Positions 1-11,504 of a stretch of DNA of 15,030 bases are shown here, one piece after another. A model generated the notes under the pieces. The model searched no databases. It saw only the letters and a program-made list of their open reading frames with translations, and was not told where the DNA came from. This DNA is from an uncultured delta proteobacterium (GTDB lineage: Bacteria; Desulfobacterota; Desulfuromonadia; Desulfuromonadales; BM103): contig CAVQRZ010000020.1 in assembly GCA_963715335.1 (NCBI GenBank), forward strand, positions 1 to 15,030. Direction: 5' to 3'. The translations under genes were made by a program, and so were the position numbers. How positions within the stretch are numbered: position 1 is the stretch's first letter; the number at the start of each line of letters is the position of its first letter.

Positions 1-47
1 ACTAGGTCCGCGGGACGAGGTACGGGGTACGAGGAAAACATTAAATA

Positions 48-80
48 AAGCGAGGGCAGATAGTCAATCTGCCCTCGCTT
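48..80. terminator. Intrinsic terminator hairpin downstream of the efflux operon, possibly bidirectional
   Basis: Perfect 14-bp inverted repeat AAGCGAGGGCAGAT-agtca-ATCTGCCCTCGCTT with T-rich tails on both strands, about 55 nt past the TolC-family stop. Confidence 0.85.
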
Positions 81-134
81 GTTATTGTTCTGATCAGTTT
101 TTTCAGGACTTTGATTATCGTGTCCCCCGTCCCG

Positions 135-1405
135 TTATTCCGCCCGTGTCGGTCCGCGTTCCAGGACCCGTTCGATCGCTGCCGCTGAAAGGTGGAGGTC
201 GTATAGCGCCTTGACTTTTTCGTTGCGGGCGCGGGTCAGGTACTCCTGAGCGTCGAGCAGGTCCACTGTGGTCGCGATGTTGGCCCGATAACGGTTCTCG
301 TTGACGCGATAATTCTCTTCGGCCTGGACCGCCGCGGCTGAGGCCGTCGCCAGGTTCTCCCCTGACACGCGAAAGGCTTCGAGGGCCGTCTGTAGCTGCA
401 GCGTCAGACGATCTTCAGTGGCTTTGATTTCCTGTTGCCGGGCACGGATTTCATGTTCGCGCCCGACCAGCTCATAGCGGGTGTCGAATCCGCTGAAAAG
501 AGTCCAGGTCGCCCGTACGATCGCCCTTGATTCGCTGTCGTAGTCGGCATCGCCGGGCTCCGGCAGGGCATCGTTGCCAAATCGGTCGTAGCTTAACACC
601 AGGTCGATATCAGGCAGGAGATCGCCGCGTACAGCCTTGCGTCCGGCCACTTCGGCTGCGAGCAGGCTGTTGAGGAATTTCAGCTCGCTGCGGTTTACAA
701 ACATCTCCTGGTGTAGTCCATCCATTGGCCCGGGCAGGGCCGGTTCCAGAGAGAGGTCGGTAACTTCCTCATCTTGGCCGACGGGTCTGCCCAGCGCCAG
801 GGCCAGGGCCTGGCGAGAGATTTCATGGCGGCCTACGGCGATTGACAGGAGTTGTCGGGCGGTCGCCAAGACCACTTCCACTCGCAGCAGGTCGTTGCGG
901 GCGACCAGCCCCTGCTCCAGCCGCAGCTGTGTGTCGTGGCGTTGCTGTTCGAGCAGCTCCACGCTCTTCCTCTCGGTTGCCACGGTGCGACTGGTCCGCA
1001 GCACTTCAATATATGCTTGCTTGGTTTCGAGGACGATGTCTGCGACGGTGCTGCGGCGCTGATAATTGGCAGCCGAAGCCCGGTGTTTGGCTTCATGCAA
1101 ACGAAACCAGTCGCTGCCGCCGTTGAAAAGGTTGTATCCGGCGCTGGTCTCGGCCAGGCTCAGCTCCCGGCTGTTCAGACTCGGATCGCGATCTCCGCGC
1201 CAGTAGCTGTAATTTGCGTCTATGCGCGGCCAGAAGGGGGCTCTCGCCTGATCAGCACGGGCCCCGGCCGCATTTTCGAGCTCCACGAACTGGTGGACCC
1301 TCGGGTTGTATCGCAGGGCGTCGTTCACGGCCTCGTTAATCGTCAGGGCCTGGACCGGGTTATGACTTAAGGTCAGCAATGCCAGCCACAGGATCAGCAG
1401 GACTC

Positions 1406-1409
<4 letters not shown>
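135..1409 (-). CDS. TolC-family outer membrane efflux protein
   Basis: 424 aa with signal peptide (MRVLLILWLALLTLS...VQA), two OEP-type repeats (YNLFNGG / WTLFSGF; RYRANIATTVDLLDAQ), ATGA overlap with the RND permease stop and a GAGGAG RBS. Confidence 0.93.
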
Positions 1410-4540
<3,131 letters not shown>

Positions 4541-4545
4541 GTCGT

Positions 4546-5613
4546 TTACTCCGTGCGCACGGGCTGGCTGTCATGAATGCGTTCATTGCCCTTCACGACC
4601 ACCATCTGGCCAGCTTCAACACCTTCACCGATGATGCCGGCCAGGGTCCCTGAATGTCCGGTAATCTCGACCGGAACCATGCGGGCCTGGTTATTGTCAT
4701 TGACGAAGATCACGTTCTTGCCAAAACTGTTGATGATGGCATCGCGCGGCACCAGCAGGCTGTCCCTGGCTGCCGCGGTCGGTAGCGTAACCTGCGCCTC
4801 CATTCCTTCGATCAACGACTTGCTGCCCGGGAGGGTGAACTTTGCGATAAAGGTGCGGGTGCTGATGTCGCCACGTGGAATAATGGCTGTGAACTTCCCC
4901 GGCCTCTCCTGGCCGGCAACTTTCAGTGTGACCGCTTCTCCGAGAGTCAGGAAGGGGATGATGCTGGACGGTATGTCGACGTGCACCACAAAACTGCGGT
5001 TGTCGGCGAGGGAGACTACAGCTCCGCCGGCTTCCACCCACTCGCCGGCCTCCACGAGGCTATCGATGACAAGACCGTCGAAGGGCGCGCGCACGGTCTT
5101 CTTCTTCTGCTCCAAAAGCAGCCGGTCGAGACGTGCTTCGAGTACGGTGGAGAGTTTTCTCAGGCTGTTGAGCCTGGTCCCATAAGACTCGAATTCAGAG
5201 ATGGCAACGGATTTCTGCTCATTTAAAGCGGCGAACCGGTTGTAGTCCTTCTGCGCCTGTTCTACGTCAATCTGGTTTTGCTCGAAAGTCGCTCGCGTAC
5301 CGGTAATTTCTGTTTGCAGCAAGTCATCATCAAGCTGTACCAGGCGGTCGCCGGCTTTCACTGAGTCACCGTCATTGACGTAAGCCTGCAGGACAATGCC
5401 ATCCACTTCCGCGGCAACTTCAGCCGACCGGGCAAAGTAGAGCGTGCCGACAAAATTGGCGGTCGGTTTTGACGAGCCACTGACGATTGCTGTTGTGGTG
5501 ACCAGCATGGGGGGTGGCCCGTCGGCCGCCTTTTTCTGCTCTTCGGCGGTCGCGGTGTTGACTGCCAGTAACAGTGCTGTCGCCGTAAAAAACATACAGA
5601 GTGCTCTATTCAT
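4546..5613 (-). CDS. RND efflux periplasmic adaptor (membrane fusion protein), 355 aa
   Basis: Lipoyl-like and hairpin motifs (EVDGIVLQAYVNDGDSVKAGDRLVQLD, VRAPFDG). Start moved from 5790 to ATG 5613 (MNRALCMFF..., signal peptide), which has a GGAG RBS and an 8-nt overlap with the tetR stop. Confidence 0.93.
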   Translation of the reverse strand: MNRALCMFFTATALLLAVNTATAEEQKKAADGPPPMLVTTTAIVSGSSKPTANFVGTLYFARSAEVAAEVDGIVLQAYVNDGDSVKAGDRLVQLDDDLLQTEITGTRATFEQNQIDVEQAQKDYNRFAALNEQKSVAISEFESYGTRLNSLRKLSTVLEARLDRLLLEQKKKTVRAPFDGLVIDSLVEAGEWVEAGGAVVSLADNRSFVVHVDIPSSIIPFLTLGEAVTLKVAGQERPGKFTAIIPRGDISTRTFIAKFTLPGSKSLIEGMEAQVTLPTAAARDSLLVPRDAIINSFGKNVIFVNDNNQARMVPVEITGHSGTLAGIIGEGVEAGQMVVVKGNERIHDSQPVRTE

Positions 5614-6250
5614 GTTGATTGCTCCCGAGTCCGTGCAGGGAAAACTGCGTAATATGTTCAATGATATCTTCAATAAAAGGCTGGTTTTGTTCCGGGCTGT
5701 GGATGCCGCGTAAAATGTCTCTGCTCCGGACGAAGTGCAGGACCTGGCCGGTGATGCTGCTGACGCAGAAAGAAGCGCGTTTCTCGCCAAGCCCAGGGCT
5801 TGCTTTAAGGATTAGTTCCTTGAACGCCCGATTGATCGGGACAATCAGGCGTGAGGCGATCAGGTCGCCGGTGACGGCATCCGGGCCCATTTCCCGGTAG
5901 ATGGTCTGCATGAGCCGGTCGCTGTCCGGTGAGGAGAGACGAGAGTCAAAAAAACTGCGGATATATGCGCGTAAAATTTCCTCAAGCGTCGCGGGGGGCT
6001 GTTGCTGGTCGAGTTTTTCAAGCAGGCTGAGTTTTTCTATGGTAATGCCGTCCAGAATGCGCACAAGAACTTCACGGTACAGGCCGGTCTTGTCGCTGAA
6101 GTGATAGTTGACAGAGGCCACATTGGCGCCGCTTGTCCTGGTGATCTGACGAATGCTGACGCTTTCGAAGCCGTGGGCAAGGAAGAGTCTCTCCGCACAT
6201 GCCAGCAGGGCCGCTCTGGTATCTTTGTTGTTTAATGGCGATTTTTTCAT
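5606..6250 (-). CDS. TetR/AcrR family transcriptional regulator (probably CecR/YbiH-like C-terminal domain)
   Basis: N-terminal HTH ALLACAERLFLAHGFESVSIRQITRTSGANVASVNYHFSDKTGLY; first gene of the efflux operon. Confidence 0.93.
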   Translation of the reverse strand: MKKSPLNNKDTRAALLACAERLFLAHGFESVSIRQITRTSGANVASVNYHFSDKTGLYREVLVRILDGITIEKLSLLEKLDQQQPPATLEEILRAYIRSFFDSRLSSPDSDRLMQTIYREMGPDAVTGDLIASRLIVPINRAFKELILKASPGLGEKRASFCVSSITGQVLHFVRSRDILRGIHSPEQNQPFIEDIIEHITQFSLHGLGSNQHE

Positions 6251-6252
6251 GT

Positions 6253-6288
6253 AAACGTCGTTTTAAACATTGTTTGAAAAATTGTCAA
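6253..6288 (-). promoter_or_regulatory. Sigma70-type promoter of the tetR-RND operon overlapped by two tandem palindromic operator candidates
   Basis: Minus strand TTGACA (6288-6283), 17 nt, TAAAAC (6265-6260), ending 9 nt before the ATG. Palindromes AAACAATGTTT (6275-6265) and AAACGACGTTT (6263-6253). Confidence 0.75.
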
Positions 6289-6392
6289 GAACGAACCTGC
6301 GCAATCGAGTCGGCAAAAGCTGGGGTGCTGGCAAGGATCGGAAGGGGTAAGTTGTTGTCAAATCAGAAAGAAGGCTGACCTAGAAAATAAGC

Positions 6393-7181
6393 TTAGACCC
6401 TGGCCGGCATCTCTTGCCGGTTTCGGCCGTTATCGACCGGGGCCTGATGCCAGTCGCCGTAAAGATACTGCAAAATGGGCGTTGCCGCCAAGCCGGCAGT
6501 TTCAGTGCGCAGAATTCTCGGTCCCAGGTGTACGGCCCGAAACCCGGCCGCCGCAATGTCATCGATTTCCTGGTCGGTAAAACCACCTTCCGGTCCGATC
6601 AGAAGCCTGACCCCGGTGGGCCTCTCCCCGGGCAAGGCCTCTGCAAGGGGGACCGACCCCGCCTCCCACAGCACGAGCTTGAGGTCACTTGTCTGCTCTT
6701 CGATAACTGCAGACAGCCTTTGCATCGACCGGATCTGAGGGAGAAAACTGCGCCGGGACTGCCTTGCGGCTTCACTCGCTATGCGTAGCCAGCGCTGTTG
6801 ACGCTTGTCCATGCGGGCCTCGTTGACTTGCGCTACTGAGTATGCAGTCTCGACGGGCTGAAAGCAGTGCACCCCGAGTTCGGTGCCCTTTTGCAGGACG
6901 AGGTCAAACTTGTCGCCTTTCGGCATGGCCTGGATAAGGGTAATCGGTAAACTGCTGTCTTCGTCCCGCCAGCGTCGAACCACCCGGGCGGACGCTTGAC
7001 GTTTGCTGATACTCTCCAGCTCGACTTCGCAACAGAGTCCCCGGCCGTCGAGCAGGGTCAGGACACTGCCGAGCCTGGTACGCAGAACGTTGTGCAGGTG
7101 GTGATGCGGGTCGCCGCTGATGTCCACCTGGTCGCCTTGCAGAGTTTCAGGCGGAACGAAAAAACGCAGCGGATCACTCAT
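6393..7181 (-). CDS. rsmE: 16S rRNA m3U1498 methyltransferase RsmE, 262 aa
   Basis: Motifs HHLHNVLR, KGDKFDLVLQKGTELGV, EAARQSRR, LIGPEGGF and LGPRILRTETA. Start moved to ATG 7181 (MSDPLRFF), overlapping the prmA stop by 8 nt. Confidence 0.96.
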   Translation of the reverse strand: MSDPLRFFVPPETLQGDQVDISGDPHHHLHNVLRTRLGSVLTLLDGRGLCCEVELESISKRQASARVVRRWRDEDSSLPITLIQAMPKGDKFDLVLQKGTELGVHCFQPVETAYSVAQVNEARMDKRQQRWLRIASEAARQSRRSFLPQIRSMQRLSAVIEEQTSDLKLVLWEAGSVPLAEALPGERPTGVRLLIGPEGGFTDQEIDDIAAAGFRAVHLGPRILRTETAGLAATPILQYLYGDWHQAPVDNGRNRQEMPARV

Positions 7182-8097
7182 GGCTCTGGTAGACGATACA
7201 GGTCCACTCGTCACGGTGGTTGCTGGCGAGCAATGCCAGGGGGAAACCGGCAAAGCCTTTGATAACCGCCTGCTCCTGCTCGATCAGGATTCCGGAGAGG
7301 ACCAGCCGCCCTGATCCGGGAGTAAGGTGCGCGACCAGTTGGTCGGCGAGACGCAGGTTCTCGGCCGCGAGGATGTTGGCAAGCACCAGGTCGTAGGTCC
7401 CGGTAATCTCCTCCAGTGTCGCGTCGGTAACTGAAACCAGGTGGTCGAGCCGGTTGCTCGAGATGTTGTGCCGGGCGACCTGGCATGCCTCGTTGTCGAT
7501 GTCAGTGGCAATCACCTGTCTGGCGCCGAGTGCGGCCCCCGCCATGGCCAGGATTCCCGAGCCTGTGCCGACATCCAGAATGTTTTTGGGTGGTTGCTCG
7601 CTTGCAAAATGCTCGGCCAGCGCGTCCAGGCAAAGGCTGGTGGTGGCATGGGTGCCGGTACCAAAGGCCTGGCCCGGGTCAAGGGTGAGGACCGCTTCGT
7701 CGCCGGTGGCTTGCCAGTCTATCCATGAGGGGCGAATGACGAGACGGCGGCCAACCCTGAATGGTGGGAAATGCTGTTGCCAGTCACTCGCCCAGTCCTG
7801 GTCGGCCAGTTCGCGGGATTCGAGGCGGGTCTTGGCAAGCGCTGGATGAACGACCGCGAGTTCGGAGAGAATCTGCTGTACGGCTGCCAGCAGCGCATCC
7901 ATCTGGTCCGGGTAGATGAAGTAAGCTTTCATGACCGGATCGTTGACCAGGCTCTCCGGTGCCGGCACAACAAACGTGTCCAGCTGTGTTTCGGCGGCAG
8001 TGACACCGGTACAGCCAATTTCCATCAGGTTTTGTGAAACCAGGTCGACGGCTTCGTCCGGCACAGCGAGGCGTATCTCCAGCCATTTGCTTGTCAT
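7174..8097 (-). CDS. prmA: Ribosomal protein L11 methyltransferase PrmA
   Basis: Motifs DW...WQQHFPP, LDPGQAFGTGTHATT, ILDVGTGSGILA, DLVLANILA and LVLSGIL; adjacent to rsmE as is usual. Confidence 0.97.
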   Translation of the reverse strand: MTSKWLEIRLAVPDEAVDLVSQNLMEIGCTGVTAAETQLDTFVVPAPESLVNDPVMKAYFIYPDQMDALLAAVQQILSELAVVHPALAKTRLESRELADQDWASDWQQHFPPFRVGRRLVIRPSWIDWQATGDEAVLTLDPGQAFGTGTHATTSLCLDALAEHFASEQPPKNILDVGTGSGILAMAGAALGARQVIATDIDNEACQVARHNISSNRLDHLVSVTDATLEEITGTYDLVLANILAAENLRLADQLVAHLTPGSGRLVLSGILIEQEQAVIKGFAGFPLALLASNHRDEWTCIVYQSHE

Positions 8098-8292
8098 GAT
8101 GGTTGTTTAGCGAAGTTTCCGGGGCATTGCAACAGAAATTCTTGACCAGCTTGAGGAGGGTCTGAAATAATGGCCTGTAACTTAATGAGACAAAGTGCGC
8201 ATATCGCATATAATAACCCTTCTGTGATACATTAAGCTGCCAGAAGTTACTGATTTGCCAAGTAAAGTCGAGGTTTTCCCTGCTTTTGGTGT

Positions 8293-8320
8293 TTGCTTTT
8301 TCATTAGACTCTGTTAGACT
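8293..8320 (+). promoter_or_regulatory. Candidate promoter for the dikinase regulator gene
   Basis: TTGCTT (8293-8298), 16 nt, TAGACT (8315-8320) with an extended -10 TG, 27 nt upstream of the ATG; GAGG RBS at 8337-8340. Confidence 0.4.
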
Positions 8321-8347
8321 TCACCGGTGTTTTCATGAGGATTTTCA

Positions 8348-9157
8348 ATGTCTGCTGCTGCCCAAGTTATCTATCTTCTTTCTGACGCGACCGGCGAAAC
8401 TGCAGAAAAAATGGTCATGGCAGCGCTAACGCAGTTTCGTGACAGGCCGGTCCGTTTGAAACGGATTAACAACGTCCGGACCAAGAACCAGGTGTACGAG
8501 ACCCTGGACGAAGCGCTCGACAAGCAGGCCCTTGTGGTTTTCACTATTGTCAACCGCGACCTGGCCCAACTGGTCCATGACGAGTGCGACAGCCTCGGTC
8601 TGGTCAACATTGACCTGCTGACTCCGCTGTTGATGAAAGTGGCGCACTGTCTTGGGCGGTCACCGAAAGAGACCCCCGGCCTGTTGCATGGGATCGATGA
8701 GGCCTATTTCAGACGTATCGAGGCGATTGAATTTACCGTCAAGCATGATGACGGGCAGGAACCCCGCAATCTTTACCAGGCTGACATCGTTCTGGTCGGG
8801 ATTTCCCGTACCAGTAAAACACCACTCTCCATCTACCTGGCCCACAGGGGGTGGAAGGTGGCAAACGTGCCCCTGGTGAAAGGCATAGATCCGCCGTCGC
8901 AACTTTTTGAAGTAGATCCGAAGAGGATTGCGGCCCTTGTTATCGACCCACAGAGACTGTTTGAAGTGCGCGCCTCGCGGCTGCGGAATCTTGGCCAGGA
9001 CCCGAAGGCGGCTTACGCCGATTATGAAGAGATCGAGGAGGAGTTGAAGCACGCGAAGAGATTCTTCCGCCAGCACCCATGGGTGGTGATCGATGTCTCC
9101 AGCAAGGCTATCGAGGAGACGGCCAATGAGGTGCTGGTTCGCCTTGGACTCAAATAG
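8348..9157 (+). CDS. ppsR: Pyruvate,phosphate/water dikinase regulatory protein (kinase/pyrophosphorylase, DUF299)
   Basis: Motifs [55 protein letters not shown] and [12 protein letters not shown]. Confidence 0.95.
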   Translation: MSAAAQVIYLLSDATGETAEKMVMAALTQFRDRPVRLKRINNVRTKNQVYETLDEALDKQALVVFTIVNRDLAQLVHDECDSLGLVNIDLLTPLLMKVAHCLGRSPKETPGLLHGIDEAYFRRIEAIEFTVKHDDGQEPRNLYQADIVLVGISRTSKTPLSIYLAHRGWKVANVPLVKGIDPPSQLFEVDPKRIAALVIDPQRLFEVRASRLRNLGQDPKAAYADYEEIEEELKHAKRFFRQHPWVVIDVSSKAIEETANEVLVRLGLK

Positions 9158-9265
9158 TTGCCGGTTTGTGTGCTGCGCGTACCGGTTTTGATGATGATCC
9201 CCTGACAATCGACGCTCGGACCATTTTTACGAAGATAGCCGTTCATTTAGAAAAGGAGAAACCTC

Positions 9266-9937
9266 ATGCACATTCTGGTTGTGGAAGATGAGAAGAAAGT
9301 TGCCAGCTTTATTCAACGCGGGCTTGAAGGTGAAGGCTATACCGTTGATGTCGCCAATGATGGTGAGTCGGGAGTCGAACTTGGTTCCAAGAACAACTAC
9401 GATCTGATCCTCATGGACATCATGCTGCCCAAGATGGACGGCCTCGAGGCGGTCAAGGCTCTGCGTGCCAATGGTGTGGTCTCACCCGTTCTCTGCCTGA
9501 CGGCCAAGGACACGGTCGACGATATCGTCGCCGGCCTGGAAGTCGGCAGCGACGACTACCTGACCAAGCCTTTCGCCTTTGCCGAACTTCTGGCCCGGGT
9601 CCGGGCTCTGGCCCGCCGGGGCACCCAGGAGCGCGGGGCGGAAGTCACCTATGCTGATTTGCGGCTTGATCCGGTTGCCCACAAGGTCTGGCGTGGAGAA
9701 AACGAGATTGACCTGACCGCAAAGGAATATGCCCTGCTCGAATTTTTCATGCGCAATCCGGAAACGACATTGACGCGGACGATGATCGCTGAGCATGTCT
9801 GGGATTATACGTTTGATTCGTTCACCAATATCATTGACGTCTATGTCAATTATCTGCGCAAGAAGGTTGACCGCGACTTCACCAAGAAACTGATTCATAC
9901 CGTTCGCGGAATCGGTTACGTCCTCAAGGAGGACTAG
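9266..9937 (+). CDS. OmpR-family response regulator (CusR/CzcR-like)
   Basis: Receiver domain (ILVVEDE, LMDIMLP, LTAK, DDYLTKPF) plus winged helix (LTAKEYALL, IIDVYVNYLRKK, IHTVRGIGY); AAGGAG RBS. Confidence 0.96.
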   Translation: MHILVVEDEKKVASFIQRGLEGEGYTVDVANDGESGVELGSKNNYDLILMDIMLPKMDGLEAVKALRANGVVSPVLCLTAKDTVDDIVAGLEVGSDDYLTKPFAFAELLARVRALARRGTQERGAEVTYADLRLDPVAHKVWRGENEIDLTAKEYALLEFFMRNPETTLTRTMIAEHVWDYTFDSFTNIIDVYVNYLRKKVDRDFTKKLIHTVRGIGYVLKED

Positions 9938-9938
9938 C

Positions 9939-11399
9939 TTGGCCATTTCACCTTTGGGGTCGATCCGGGTCCGCCTGACGTTCTGGTATGCAATGACGCT
10001 GGCTGTCATCCTGGCAGTCAGCGCTCTGTTTTCTTATCATTATTTTTCTCACAATCTGAGAGAACAGGTGGACCGTCAGGCTCGCGAGATCGCCCGCATC
10101 ATTGACCAGCACTACGTTGACACCTTGTCCGAGGCTGTTCATTCAGGGGATTGTCAGGGCCTGCAGACGCTGGCCCACAATTACAACTGGGATGCTTTTC
10201 TGGTCTTGCGCGATGCCGGCCTGCAGGAAATCTGCAGAACAGAGAATTTGATGGAGCGTGACCTGCCGTTCGGGCCGGTGGCCCGCCAGCAGGTCCGATG
10301 GCTGAACGAGCACCTGGAAACAATCGCGCTGGAGCCCAACCGGCAGATGAGGCTCCTCTCCTATCCCTTGTTGGAAAAGGGTAAGCTGATCGGCGTGGCC
10401 CAGATTGGCCAGGAACTCGGCCCCCTGCAGCAGACCATCGAAGAGCTGCGCGTGATCTACCTGGTGGTCGGACCCTTTGCAATTTTCTGGCTCTGTCTCG
10501 GCTGCTGGCTGTTGGCCGAACGCACGATCGCGCCGATCATCGAGGTGACCGAAGCGGCCCAGGGTATAACCGCAGACAACCTGACCCGCCGCCTGCCTTT
10601 CGGCAATCATCAGGATGAGCTGTCGCAGATGGTTGCCTGCCTGAACCAGATGCTTGATCGTCTTGAAAAATCTTTCCGGCGGATCCGGCAATTCTCCGGT
10701 GATGCCTCCCATGAGCTGCGCACGCCTCTCACCATCTTGCGGGGTGAAACCGAAGTGACCCTGCGCTGGGCGAAAACGACCGACGAGTTCCGCGATATGC
10801 TGCGTTCCAACATGGAAGAAATCGATCGCATGGAGCGGATCATTGAAAGCCTGCTGACGCTGGCCAAGAGTGAAGTCGGTGAATTGACGCTGGAAATGAA
10901 GCAGCTCAGCCTCAGCGACATGGTCCAGGAGCTGTACCTGCAGAGCCAGCTCCTCTGCGAAACCAAGCAGATCGAAGTTAGTATGGGCCTGAAGGTCGAG
11001 GAGGAGGTCCGGATCCGCGGTGACGAACTGCGTTTACGGCAGATGTTCCTCAACCTGATCTCCAACGCCATCAAATATACCCCTGAAGGCGGTGAGCTGA
11101 AGATCGTTCTGGCCCAGGAAGATGATTTTGCCGTGGTCGATATCGTCGACACGGGAATCGGCATGCACGCCGAGCATCTGTCCCATATCTTTGACCGATT
11201 CTACCGGGTCGACAAGGCGCGCAACCGTATGGACGGAGGCACCGGTCTTGGCCTGGCGATTGTCAAGTGGATCGCCGAGGCCCACGGTGGAAGCATCTCG
11301 GTCACGTCCGAGGTTGGCAAGGGCAGCTCATTCTCGGTACGCCTGCCTCTAAAGGGACCGGAAGAAGGCAAACACCCGAAAACGACCATTCTGGATTAA
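9939..11399 (+). CDS. Membrane sensor histidine kinase with HAMP domain (CusS/CzcS-like architecture)
   Basis: Two TM segments, HAMP, H-box DASHELRTPL, N-box NLISNAIKYT, DTGIG, IFDRFYR and GGTGLGLAI. TTG start 1 nt after the regulator stop, with an AAGGAGGA RBS. Confidence 0.95.
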   Translation: MAISPLGSIRVRLTFWYAMTLAVILAVSALFSYHYFSHNLREQVDRQAREIARIIDQHYVDTLSEAVHSGDCQGLQTLAHNYNWDAFLVLRDAGLQEICRTENLMERDLPFGPVARQQVRWLNEHLETIALEPNRQMRLLSYPLLEKGKLIGVAQIGQELGPLQQTIEELRVIYLVVGPFAIFWLCLGCWLLAERTIAPIIEVTEAAQGITADNLTRRLPFGNHQDELSQMVACLNQMLDRLEKSFRRIRQFSGDASHELRTPLTILRGETEVTLRWAKTTDEFRDMLRSNMEEIDRMERIIESLLTLAKSEVGELTLEMKQLSLSDMVQELYLQSQLLCETKQIEVSMGLKVEEEVRIRGDELRLRQMFLNLISNAIKYTPEGGELKIVLAQEDDFAVVDIVDTGIGMHAEHLSHIFDRFYRVDKARNRMDGGTGLGLAIVKWIAEAHGGSISVTSEVGKGSSFSVRLPLKGPEEGKHPKTTILD

Positions 11400-11447
11400 C
11401 CTTTCACAACTGCACATTCCATCAGTTGATTACTGTGCTGCTGACGA

Positions 11448-11476
11448 TTGACAGTGCGCACGGCGGTTATTACATT
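11448..11476 (+). promoter_or_regulatory. Sigma70-type promoter of degP
   Basis: TTGACA (11448-11453), 17 nt, TACATT (11471-11476), followed by a GGAGGA RBS at 11495-11500. Confidence 0.65.
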
Positions 11477-11504
11477 TGTTATTATAACCACGATGGAGGA
11501 CATC

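Noticed and set aside
5614..5790. N-terminal extension of the adaptor ORF (likewise rsmE 7182-7253 and degP 11448-11504)
   Set aside because: These extensions overlap the upstream gene or promoter. Downstream ATGs have RBSs or translational coupling and give family-typical N-termini.
7784..8209. 141-aa minus-strand ORF upstream of and overlapping prmA
   Set aside because: It is mostly an alternate frame of prmA, with no recognisable motif and biased composition.
8225..8262. Sigma54 promoter or IHF site candidates (TGGCA motifs here; TAAGTTGTTG near 6348)
   Set aside because: There is no GC at the -12 position for sigma54, and the IHF match has mismatches in the core.
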